DNA of 56,821 bases, filler included, from Bipalium vagum (lineage: Eukaryota): assembly GCA_037834085.1 (NCBI GenBank). It is 3 parts of 3 records of this genome, joined end to end, with 100 filler letters (N's around TTAATTAATTAA, not from the genome) between each part and the next. Parts side by side here need not be neighbours in the genome. Positions count along the whole stretch, not along the records: positions 16,580 to 36,954 come from JBBMKC010254474.1; positions 37,055 to 56,821 come from JBBMKC010268099.1; 1 more part is not named here. One strand, given 5' to 3'. The position numbers were made by a program, and so were the translations under genes. Below are positions 25,401 to 37,230 of the stretch, one piece after another. Position 1 is the first letter of the stretch. Every line of letters starts with the position of its first letter. A model generated the notes under the pieces. That model was not told where the DNA came from, searched no databases, and worked only from the letters and a program-made list of their open reading frames with translations.

Positions 25401-27645
25401 TGGGTGTTTGGAAAAGATTCAGTTCCAACAACGAGTTGGCAGAAAGTCGACCATCTGGATCTATCGCACAATTATTTACATGCACTTGATCCTAGCATGG
25501 TTGGTTATTCAAGAATATTTTAAGATAAACGGAGACTTTCTCCACGATTATTTATTTATATTTATTAATTGATATTTAATTACTCAAGAACTATATGACA
25601 ATGAATTTATTGAAGTCTAAATAAAAATTAAAATCGATAATTTCTATTTAATTTAATCACTCTGAAATTTTATTGGGTTTGAGGCAATTCCCTGCACAAA
25701 TGATTTTACCAAAATGTTATATCATTCAGCCTATTGATTTTTTAAATGAAAATTTTATTATTTAAATAAATAATTAAGCAGTCAATAAATTTATTTCTTT
25801 TTTCAAATTATTCTATTAAAATTTGAAATCATTTTTATACTTTTGTATTGATTTTTAAATTTACAAAATTGTTTTTTATCAATACAGGGTTTTCCGAAAT
25901 ATTTAATCCATGAATAAAAACCAAATTAAAACGATTAAATGATATGTTTTATTTACAATTTAAAATTCTTCTCTTGCAACGGTTTTAACAATTGATCTTT
26001 ACATGTTTCTAAAGAATCATTGGAACTTTTCTCTTGTAATATTCCTTTATTTCATTAATAATAACTAAAAATGTTGCAGCGTTATATGCATTGTTCTGTG
26101 TTCTGAAATAAAAGATTTCTTCATTTTGTTTTGCTGCACAAATTGATTAATTTCTACTCCTTAAAATTCTAACTACTTTTTTAGGAGATTTGCCGGCTGT
26201 AGCTCCTCCATATCGCTTTCTCATTGATATATTAACTCCGATATGGAATTTCCAATTCATCAGATATTATTTTATGACTTTCTAGCATCATACGTCTTAA
26301 ATATCATTTTCCTGGTTTCGTTAGATACATTTTGATAGTTACGCTTATTTTCTATCACTATCACGTAGTTTTATTTTTTAAACAAAGTATTTATAAAAAT
26401 AATTAAGATAGGATTAATTATTTTGAAAAAGAGAATTAAATATCTCGGAAAACCCTGTAAAATCGCATTAATTCAATCGATTCTAAATTGAAAGACATCA
26501 AACTGGATAGCTTTATAATTCGATAGTTTTTTGTAAAATAAATAATAATTATTATTATTATTATAAATAATGTATCTATATAAATTTAGCACGAATTGGT
26601 AAACATTTTTGTATGATCAATGCCAAACTCAAACTGATTTCAAAGTGTTCTCGATTTATTCTTATTTCAAGAAACATTAAATTTTAATTACTTGGTTTTT
26701 TTGCGTTTTATGGTTTTTGCGTTTTATGGTTTATGCGTTTTTATCAATTTCTCTTCGTTGATGAGCTAACCATTCTCTATTAACAAAAAGTGAAATAAAA
26801 AAAATATTTTTATACTTGTTACTTTTTAAATATTTTTTTAAAATTAAAACTATTGAACCATAAATGTTATCCTTGGTTCTCGTTTCTAGTTATTAATTTA
26901 TCAAAGATTTATCTGTTTTTCGGTGGCTTCAGATTTAACATTCAATTGATTTTGGTATTTTTCTATCCGTTATTTATTTATTTGAAGGTTTTTGAGATTT
27001 ATTGACTCAGATTTGAAATTGAAAATTTTAATTCTAATCTTGCAATCAATTAACATTTAATGATTTTTCGATTAATGTGATAGAATAGTGTCTCGAAAAA
27101 TACATTTTTCACATTGGTTTTTATTTTAATACTTTTCATCATGTTTCGGAATGACAATCGAGTTCGTCGCAGGTTCTGTTTAAGAAAGTGAAAAATCTCA
27201 AGCTCAACAACAACCTTTTAACGGAAATTCAACATTTAAACCATTTGGAAAATTTGCGCATGCTCAATCTCAGTCACAACAAATTGGGTGTGATTTTCAT
27301 ATCTTCTACCACTTGCCCAGAACCAATTCTTCGCGGTCGATTTGGTAATCTAACAGAATTGGACTTGTCTTATAATCAGTTGTATAGCACGAAATTAGTC
27401 GAAGGTCTTTATTCCTTGGTTAAATTAAACATGGGAAATAACGTGATCTCAGAAGTAATGATATTTACATATTTGACCTGATACGATATCGATATCTTTA
27501 TGTCATAGTTTGAAGAGTTGAAAAGTCTCAAAACACTACAATGTCTGGAATCATTGATTTTGATTGGAAATCCGATATGTTCCAAGCCAGGTTACAGAAA
27601 ATTTACGTTACAACTTTTTGTCGATCGAATTAGTGAAGTAATGTC

Positions 27646-27684
<39 letters not shown>

Positions 27685-30600
27685 CATTTTATTGTTTATT
27701 TTCTAAACCACTTATGGTTTTCATGTCTGTTTTATAGCCCATCAAAACTAACCATGTTCATTTTCCAATCCTAAAAATATTTTAAAAAAAAAACATTAGA
27801 AAGACAATTAAATAAACAATTTATTAATCAAATTTATTTAATAACTTAAATATGGCATTTGGATCTTTCTTTAGAAAATTTTATCTCTAAGTCATTCGGC
27901 CAGTTAAAACTTTAGTACCATTCCATATATTCTCAAACATTTTTTCTTGCTTTTTAATGTTTCCCAGATAGATTCAATGCGCTAGGTATTGGCACCAGTC
28001 TCTTTGTTCACAAAATTATGTTTGTGATTGAATGTGTGACGAGTAAAATTTTATCCTTAGCCAATTGACAATAGGCATTCCCCTCATCAATCATTATACG
28101 TGATCCTTTTTTAACCATGGTTCTTATAATGGGTATCAAAGTGGCAGCACTTCTAATGTTGACTAAGATCAAAAATATTTTCACGCATGAGTTTATATAA
28201 CATTTTTGTTAACCCCTTGATGACAACTTTTTTATAACCCATTGCATTATGTTTTTTTCCTAACCCATTGAAGACAAGGTTTTACTTTAACCCACTGTCT
28301 TTGATCAAGTATTTTATCTAACCCAAGTGGGTTGAAAACTAAACATGGTCAACATAAATATTTTTTTTAAAAAAATTTAAATAATATATTAAAATTTTAT
28401 CCTTAATGTAAAATAAATGTTTTAAATAATTTTTAATAAATTTAAAGTTTTTTAAAAAAATAAATAATTAAATTAATGTTAATAAAAATTTTAGATAATT
28501 AATTTTTAAAATAAATAATTATTCGACCATTCAATTATTTTCAACTGTTACTAACAATTATTATTATTATTATTACTATCATTAATGATTTTTTCTCCCA
28601 ATTTGCTTTTTAAAAATAATAATTGTGATAAATTAATTTTTTTTTATTATTATTATTATTATTTTATCGTTTAATTATTTGAGATTAAGGAGACTTTTTA
28701 GCTTAAAAAATAGTTAATAATTATTCAAAAAATGACAAATGTTAAGATTTCACATGAATTCACAAATGTTCTTTATCTGGTTTTTCTCCTTTGAATATGA
28801 TTTGAAATTGTACTTAAATAAAAATCAATTGGTGAAGAAAAAATAATTAATAATGTGATCGATTTTCTTCGGACTTTTCATTTCTATTTTGTCATTGAAT
28901 TATCTCTTTTCCTTAAAAAAAGATTTGAAAAAGTTATTGAAAAATTCTCTTTAAATTACCAAGAAGATTCGATAAGGGTAGCGTCATTATTTTCCAATAT
29001 TTTATAATATGACTGAAGACTTATTTTTTATATATTTATATATGTATATTTTCCAAAGATTCTTTTGATTTTCATGAGATTTAACTTTCTTATTCATTAT
29101 AACACTAATCAGATTCAAAATATCTCAATACATATTAATAGTACATTAACGGGTGGCCAATAAAGAATGATAAACTCTTTAAATACATTATTTTTAAACT
29201 AAAAAAATTTAAATTTGAATTATTAATTGATTTAATTTATGCCAAGGTTTTTAATATCTTGCAAAATAAACATGTTATTTTTAGCAATATTTTCTTTTAG
29301 ATAATGACGTATAAGAGCTGTGTAAGAAATTTGATTAAATAGGAAAACACCGGAAGACATTTATGAAGCTGTAGCAAAAACGGTAAAAAAGTCCATTATT
29401 TATAGATGGACTAAACTAATAAAAGATGGAAAATCATTACTTGTCTCAAAATTTCCCTGAACGTCCAAGAACCGTAAGAACGAAAACATTTATCAAAAAA
29501 ATTAACAGAAACCTTACAACAAACAAAAAAAGAAATCAGCTAGAAAGTTTGCTTTAGATTTTAAATGTTCAAGAGGAACTATTGAAAATATTATATTTAA
29601 TGACTTGGGATTTAAGTACTACAGGAAAATAAAAGTTCCCTATCTATCTGAGTCCCAAATCAAGAGACGAAAGACGTGCTCATGTTAGTTAAGAAAAAGA
29701 TTTAGTAAACAGGCAGTGAACAAAATTATGTTTAGTGATGAAAAATCTTTTGGTGCAGATGGTCAGTTTAATCCACACAACGACGTCGTTTATGCTTTGT
29801 CTAGAAAAGATAAAAAATTAAAAGGTGGAGTTTTTGCAAAGAGAAAATATCCTTTGAAAGTGATGGTATGGGTTAGACTGACATATCAGGGTCCGATGAA
29901 ACCTGTATTCTTACCGACAAAAACATCTTTTGATACAAGATTTTATATATCAAATGTACTTCCAATCTTTGGAAGCTCATTGGAAGCGATTTCATATATC
30001 AGCAGAATGGTGCTAGCTGACACAGAAGCAAAAAGACGACTGCGGTATTAAAAAAAGATTGATATTTCAATAATAGCTCCAAATCAACCAAATTGTTCAC
30101 CAATTTCACCAAATCTTAGTCTTCTTAATTATTTCTTTTGGAATGAAGTATCAGAAACTGAAAACAAAAAAAATTGAAAATCGTACAAAACCGATTGAAA
30201 AAATTAAAGAAACAATTGCAGAAATTCCATTAAATATGATTCGCCAAGCCATCGATTCCTTTCGACAAAGAGTTTTGGCCATAGGGAGGCACAAAGGAGG
30301 TTTAATAATAAACTGTTTTTATTAAATAAATTTTGATTTTATTCTTTATTAAATTCTTTTAATTGAGTTAATTTAACATTATGCTGTCTATGTCAAACGT
30401 CATTCAAAGAATTGTCTTTTTTTTTGGCCACCCGTTACATAAATTAGTTAAAATTATTTCTTATGAAATCGGAAAATTTTATTTACTTTATCGATCTTAT
30501 TTCACAAAGCGTGACCTGGTCATTGTTTACAAATTGTGATTTTCACTTACCTAAACAGTGTTAAAGTTTAATAAATAATTATACTTTTAACTATTACACT

Positions 30601-31345
30601 TTAGAATGTCTGAAAATACCATATCACTTCGTTCTTATTAATTATAAATACAAGTAACATTTGATCAATATTTTTAATTATTAATTAAGCCTGTTTCTGA
30701 TAATAGATATTTTATTATTTTTAGTTTATAATAACTGTATTTTTGAAATATCTCTATTATTAGTATTATTATACACTATTTTAATTAAATTGTTGATTTT
30801 TTATTATTATGGTACCATAACAGTGAAAAGGTCAGAATCTATATCTTTGTATTATTACATATGATATTGTATCATTGCAAAGAATTCTTCACTAAACTTT
30901 TAAAACCAGTTCCGTTAAATAAATGAATAAATAAACGGAATTCATGTCCAAATAACTGTAACGATTCTCTTTTGTTTTGATCGAGCTCTTAATTCAAGAA
31001 TACTATCATTTAAACAGAAATTATTTCATTTCATAAATTTATGGGTCTTAAGGAAATATTTTTCTGTCCTTAGATTAAATTGGATCTGCGCATCGCAGAT
31101 GAAATTGAGATTTCCCAGTTACAGACTTCAACATCAGAATCAATTGCTGGAAAAAAAAATTCCATTAATGATCAACAACAGTTAAATATTGATGACAACG
31201 ATTTGCATTTATCAGTGATCCAAAGTGTTGAAGAGTAAGCCAGCAGTATTGATGTTCTGAGATAATTCATTCATGTTCTAGAACAAATACTAGGAATCTT
31301 GAGGTGTCTATGGAGTCCAGCGTTAATGAAATTCTGATTTTCTGA
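22462..31345 (+). CDS. NISCH: Nischarin-like PX + leucine-rich-repeat protein, 12 exons, about 510 aa
   Basis: Exons 22462-22542, 22592-22678, 22721-22903, 22957-23005, 23053-23148, 25001-25068, 25115-25210, 25263-25499, 27173-27454, 27509-27637, 31074-31234, 31282-31345, all GT-AG and frame-consistent. PX motifs RRYREFLQLH and FPPKK; nischarin-type YEVHGITNLLAKNFFENG, DFVHVMEF, SNII..LEFDMS, WQKVDHLDLSHN, LYSLVKLNMGNN, GNPICSKPGYR. The last intron is less certain (alternative stop TAA at 31238). Confidence 0.92.
25885..26457. mobile_element. Tc1/mariner-type MITE in a nischarin intron (573 bp)
   Basis: 23-bp TIRs CAGGGTTTTCCGAAATATTTAAT / ATTAAATATCTCGGAAAACCCTG with TA on both flanks. The TIR resembles the end at 22360. 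Confidence 0.88.
27850..28335 (-). mobile_element. Merlin (ISXO2/IS1016-like) transposase C-terminal remnant with adjacent ~27-bp tandem repeats
   Basis: Minus strand RSAATLIPIIRTMVKKGSRIMIDEGNAY...(fs)HTFNHKHNFVNKETGANT*RIESIWETLK matches Merlin motifs. Five TAACCC-anchored repeats at 28210-28330. Confidence 0.85.
29149..30435 (+). mobile_element. Full-length degenerate maT/DD37D-like Tc1/mariner element (1287 bp) in a nischarin intron
   Basis: TA-ACGGGTGGCCAA... / ...TTGGCCACCCGT-TA. Motifs GRPRTVRT-like, IMFSDEKSF, VMVW, YQQNGA and SPNLSLLNYFFW. Confidence 0.88.
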
Positions 31346-32299
31346 TATATTGAAGTACTAAGATTTCACAATGGTGCTAAATCTAATTTTGTGCACAAAT
31401 GTCAAATCATTTTGTTAATATTCATATATCTTTTAAAAACTGATCCAACATTCAATAAATTTATTTTCCAGTGTCACGAAGATTTTATTATTCTTTTATG
31501 CAAATGATATCATTTCTCCAAAATGAACCCTTTTCTTTTCATTGTTGAATTTATAATAACAAGGATTACTTATAAAAATGGTTTTTTTAACTGAGAATTC
31601 TCATTAAATAATGATTTCTAAGTATTGTCCGGTTTTTCTTTTTTTTACTATTGTTTAAAATATTTAAATTTATAGTTAATTTCTTTGTTTGCTATTTTAC
31701 TAAATTTTTTCTTTGTATAAAGTCTCGGTGTCATCTTTAGTCTATTTTGATCTGGTTAAGAGATTATTCTACAATGGGAATTTCTAATTTTGTATTAGAG
31801 AAGATATAAAATACCATTCAAGTGTAGATGCTGACTTAAATCTGTTTTCACATAGTGTAGCCTGTTTGATTATAGATGACAACATCTATGAAATTGAAAT
31901 TTATCACGATATTATGCATTGCTTTTGGAATCACTGTTTAGATTTTTTAAAATTCTTCGACTTCAAAGTTACAGACCTTACCTTTAAGCCTTCTTTTATT
32001 GTCTGCAGTAGTTAAAACTTTTGAATCCATATGAATAAGAAATTTTAATAATGTTCTTTTATTAAATTATTTTCTTTCTTTACACTGAATTCTTTGTCAT
32101 TCTACAGTAACTTCTATCACTATTTTAATTTTCCAATCTGGATAAGCACAATTTTTAACCTTTTAATTTCATTCAATTCGAGCTGCTGATAGTTCGGTGT
32201 TAATGACCAAACTCTGTATTAATCCTTTTATTACACCATTATTATTAGGTTGTCACATATGAAATGTCCGCTTTTAAACTACTATAATTTACGTAATAT

Positions 32300-32909
32300 T
32301 TAACATTTGGAATTGCTGGATCTTACATTCTTCTGAAAAAATAACCCTCTGCCAATCTGTTGGCTTCCAATTCTTATATTTGTTACAAAAGAGAAGGCGG
32401 TCTTTAACATTCTTTAAAGAAAGTCTCGGCATTATTGCCGGTCTTCTGGAGTGCAACGAGAAATGGTACTCATGCTTACTGGTGCATCTGGAGGAAGTTG
32501 TGATCTTATTTCACTTTTTGGTGCAAAAGGTCGAGTACAGGACAACCGATGAATTAATCTATCAGTTTGAACTATTGTTACTTTTGGCCTTCCACGTCGT
32601 TGATTGCACTTGAATGATTTATCCAAGTCATATCGTTGAATTGAACGTCAAACAGCTCCCCTTGGCACATTCATTCTCGTCGCGCAAAATCAAAATTTGA
32701 GCCCTTTTTTCAGCATATAATTCAGCCATTATTTAAACAAAAGTATTTATTTGACAAGAATAATATTGATAATTATGTAATATTAATGAAAAAACAATAA
32801 ATTGTTATAGGTCAGAGTTATATAAATACCTATATCTAAATTGATGTCATGCCAATGGATAAATAATGAATAATTTTTGAAGATGGGCTCAGACTTTTGA
32901 CGGGGACTG
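32300..32909 (-). mobile_element. Tc1-like element, 5' fragment
   Basis: TA-CAGTCCCCGTCAAAAGTCTGAGCCCAT TIR; MAELYAEKRAQILIL, RRGRPKVTIVQTDRLI, WKPTDWQRVIFSEE. Confidence 0.8.
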
Positions 32910-32924
32910 TAAATAAATAAATTC

Positions 32925-33277
32925 TCAGACCAGGATCTGAGGATTATATAATTTTTAAATCTCTATTTCTGACACTATTTTTTATTTCACACGCTAAGTA
33001 GGGCGGTGAAATAATTTTTTTTCTTTTCTGAGGACCTCTGAGATTAAGAGCTAGAGGATTTTTCATAATAATAATAATCTAATAATACAATCAGGGACAA
33101 TATCACTGCATTGTAAATTAACACTTAATTTACTTAAAAATAAAAGTTTTAAAAAACGACTCGTTATCTCAGTAATTTCAATTAATAAAAACGAACACTC
33201 AATTAAGCAACCTTCACCGTTAAGGCCTAAATCACAATAACCTCTACTTACTTACATCCCCTTTTAGGATCTTAACA
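32925..33277 (+). mobile_element. LTR fragment (U5 end) of the TGTTAAG/CTTAACA family
   Basis: Ends CTTTTAGGATCTTAACA; shares CACGCTAAGT...CTCTGAG..TAAGAGC.AGAGGATTTTTC and GCAACCTTC.CCGTTAAG blocks with the reverse complement of 14808-15090. Confidence 0.7.
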
Positions 33278-33766
33278 CAATGTTAGACTTTCAAAAATGA
33301 ATTGTCTTATGAGGATTGATTTTCTGCATATTCTTGAGCTGTACTTAAATGAATACAAGTTTTATCGCATATTCATTGGTTTTTGGCAAGGTAGACAAAG
33401 ATTGAGAAACAGTATAATATTCACCTCAATTTAATAAAATGAGAAATTTAGTACTAACTTTAATTAATCATTATTAAGTTTGTAGAAAACCATAATACAA
33501 ATATATATTTTTGCTTCAATAAATCATCTTAGTTATTTTGTTTATTTTTATGTATGCAACTGAATCTTTTGGAGTCAGATTTACCTTATCTGAATCGATT
33601 AGGAGGATATTTTTTAATCGATCTGTGTATATTTATTAATATTTTGGCAGTTAGAAACAGCGTTACCACTACCTGCTTATCTAATTAAAGTTGAGGTCCG
33701 TGAATCGAACAAGAACTTCAATTTTATTATCAAATTCCATTTAGTTAAATAAATATAAGTGAATTA

Positions 33767-35760
33767 TTGTCTTGAACAGAAAATTTGTTCGTTTTTTTAA
33801 CTGTAGAATTAAACTCAATTAAATTCAATAATTTTTTTAACGAAATTTTGTTCAAAGTTGTTGGGTTCTAGAGTTAATAATAATAATAATTTTTTTAAAA
33901 AAATTTTCCAAAAACTATATATCAAAATCCCACCGTGGAGATTTTGATATGATACGCTAATGAATTTTCTGACAGTCGAGTGAACTGCAGGTTTCAATCG
34001 GACTCTATCTCGGCCTGGAGATAGAGTTTAATTAATGACTATTAGAGGAAATAGCCGCCTCTAAGCGTATGGATTGGTGATGTTAGACTAATCTCTACGA
34101 GTATATAAAGAGACGGCTATTCCCAGAAAGGCTCCAGAAAATTATTAAAGTGAATTTTAGTATTGTTTATATTCGTTGGAAGTGGAAAACATATTCAAGA
34201 CTTTTACGATTGAAAGGATTCATTGCCAAGAAGACGTTATATTTCTACGAAGAAGATTTTTATCACGAAGGCGGTTATTCGACAGATTCATGTATCAGTA
34301 ATGATTTTTAGTTCAACAAATATGCAACAGGATTATACAAGGAAACCCAACGAATTTGGGAATCCCTAGGAGACCTTAAAAGGGCCTAGTGGACAACCCG
34401 GGGACTCCTTGTCGCTCCTGGTAAGAATATCTTTAATTTTTTTATGATTAACAAGAACTTTATTTTACTCATCTTGAATTGGTGATTTTGGATTATCTGT
34501 GTTTTTTTTCTTTGATTTTCAATAACTAAACGTTTTGATTTTGAGATAATTTAGATTATTGATTTCAGCCTTTGACGATTTTTATTGCGATTTTATGACG
34601 AGTGTAGCGATTATTTTTGCGCTATTCAATAAAGTTTTATCGGAATTGTTTTGATTCAATTAGGGTGCGGATAAATTATTATTGTGGGAGTTTTGATTCT
34701 AATCGAGTTTAACTTTTTGCAGCGACAATAGAATTACGAACGCGACACATTAAAGTGAGGAGTTTTTGATATGATATACGAGTGACTTTCAAAGTATAAT
34801 AGTAACAAAGTGTATGATATTTTTAAATGTGTAGGTAATTGCAATATTTAGGTAGCAAGCCTTAAAATGTCTCATAATGACCAACATATTCGCCATGTCA
34901 TTCTCTTTTATTTTCATAAAGAGAAAAACGCTACCCAGACACAAAAGAAGAGATGCTTAGTATATGGCGAAAATATAATAATCACTTGCACTTGTCAAAA
35001 GTGGATCTCAAAATTAAAGAGGGAGATTTTTCTCTAATAGATTCAGGTCGCTCAAAGTGGCCATTGACTGTCAATGATGACGATTTAATCGCCTTAATTG
35101 TAAAAAGACAATGCAGAACAACACGAGACATATCAAAAATGTTACATATAAGTCAGACGTCTATAGTTAATCACTTAGGAAAACTGGGCTACATCTCCCG
35201 TTATGACACTTTGGTACCTCATAAATTGTCAGAAAAGAATATTAATGATCGCTTTTCTGTTTGCAAATTATTATTGAAACGGAACGAGGAAAGTTCCTTT
35301 TTAAAGCAGATAATTAAAGAAAACCAAAACTGGATCATATATAAAAATATTAAACGGAAGAGATCGTAGATAAAGCCAAACGATTCTCCTATACAGCAAC
35401 CTAAAGGAGATTTGCATCCAAAACAAATTCTACTTTTAGTTTGGTAGGATTTGAGCTTCTCCCAAACAATGAAACCATCAACACTGATAATTATTGTCGG
35501 CAGCTAGACGAAATAAAAGATGCAGTCCAGAATTAGCTAATCAAAAAGGAGTGATATTTCACCATGATAACATCAGATCTTACATACCAAAGAGTATGCT
35601 GCGAAATTTTTCAGAGTTGAATGTGCAGTGTTAAGTCACCCGGCTATTCCCCTGATATCGCTTTTTCAGATTACCACCTCTTCCGTTCCTTGCAAAATAG
35701 TTTCGATGGAAAAGAATATCAATCTTAAGAAGTTAGCAAAATTCACCTGAACAATAGTTT
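33767..35760 (+). mobile_element. Degenerate mariner whose 5' UTR is interrupted by the solo LTR
   Basis: TIR-like TA-TTGTCTTGAACAGAAAATTTGTTCGTTTTT at 33767. Transposase from ~34867 MSHNDQHIRH with LVPHKLS, WIIYKN, IFHHDN and YSPDIAFSDYHLFRSLQN. Confidence 0.85.
33859..34807 (+). mobile_element. Solo LTR (949 bp), TGTTGGG...ATAGTAACA family, 4-bp TSD AAGT
   Basis: TG...CA ends, AAGT at 33855-33858 and 34808-34811, TATA box GTATATAAAGAGACGGCTATTCCC at ~34102, AATAAA at ~34628. Homologous to 21053-21917. Confidence 0.9.
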
Positions 35761-36954
35761 AATTTCAATCAAATTATTCTGTGTTCAAAATCAATTTACC
35801 AATTATTAACTTAACCAAAATTACCTTCGTAAAACCCTTCAGTTCATGCAATTTTCTTAAAGACTGCTCTTTCTCTGTTTCGGGTACATTTAAGAGCCTT
35901 TTATATAGGAGCCCTCTTTTTTGCTTAAGCCTTTTGAAAGCAAGAAAAGGAAAAAGCTCCCTAATATGTGAATAAATAAAGATAAAAAATTTCCTAAATA
36001 TTTTATTTTTATTATCATTGTTATTGTATATTTTTTATTATTAATTAATGTTTTTTTGTTTATTATTAATAAGTTATTATTTTAATAGTATTATTTCTAC
36101 ATTGAAGAGCAAATCCTAATATTTTTAATATTAAAGATACTTTAATTAGAATAAAGTTTAAAAATAAATAAAACACGAAAAAATTACGAATTAATGGAAA
36201 CAAACTTTAAGTGTAATTAAATTTAATTTCTACATTAACAAAATCCGCAATAAGACTTCAATTCTTATAACTTGTTCGTCAATAGTCAGCACTCTAAAAA
36301 TGCTAAACAAGTATCACTATATTCAAAATTTTTTTCTAGATGATAAAACTGCAAGCAAAAATTATTATGTTTCGTACACTTTACAAAATAACGAACACTC
36401 CAATTATCAATCTCTTGACCTCTATAAATAAAATAAAACTGTATAAATCAAATGAAATTACAACAAAAAAATTATTGAAAATCGATTAAATTAATGATTT
36501 GAGAAAAAAAGAACCCTCGGTAAAAGATCATTAAACCAACTAACTTCTCAATAATGTTAACTCTCACCATTGAAGCTCGCGACCCACATAGTCGTCTCCT
36601 TCCAAATTGACAGCGAATTTTCAACAATCCACTCTAATTAGAGAAATAATTAAATAAAAAACCCTTAACCTGGAAATTTTTTTTTTACTATTATTATTAT
36701 TATTATTCAATCTTAATTGTACATATACAGTACCTGGTCATTGAAATAGACTCAAGTATGTTTTTACAAACAATGTTATTTCACTGAACTAATTTGATTA
36801 TGATTCCACCTGTAATATTTTTTTTGTATTAATTTAGATGCCGTTTATGAAATAAACTTAATTTTTTTAAAAAAAATTTACAATAATTACGAAAAATAAA
36901 TTATTGATTAGGTACTAATTTGGGTAAATTAAATCTTTTATAACATAAGCATTT

Positions 36955-37054
36955 NNNNNNNNNNNNNNNNNNNNNNNNNNNNNNNNNNNNNNNNNNNNTT
37001 AATTAATTAANNNNNNNNNNNNNNNNNNNNNNNNNNNNNNNNNNNNNNNNNNNN
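36955..37054. other. Artificial scaffold join (N44-TTAATTAATTAA-N44)
   Basis: Same 100-nt construct as 16480-16579. Confidence 0.95.
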
Positions 37055-37230
37055 TTATTTATTAGCATTATTATTATTTAATTTTATTATTTATTATTTA
37101 AATTATTATTTATTATTTAAATTATTATTATTATTTATTAATTATTATTATTATTATTAATTTTTATTATTATAATATTATTTTTTTAATTATATAATAT
37201 TTTATTATTATTATTTATTATTATTATCAC
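37055..37230. repeat. Degenerate (ATT)n microsatellite
   Basis: Direct reading. Similar tracts at 27648-27690, 39076-39195, 43441-43475 and 52898-52990. Confidence 0.9.

Noticed and set aside
28210-28330. Short spaced repeats superficially like a CRISPR array
   Set aside because: Eukaryotic context, degenerate ~27-bp tandem units without unique spacers, and adjacent to a Merlin transposase.
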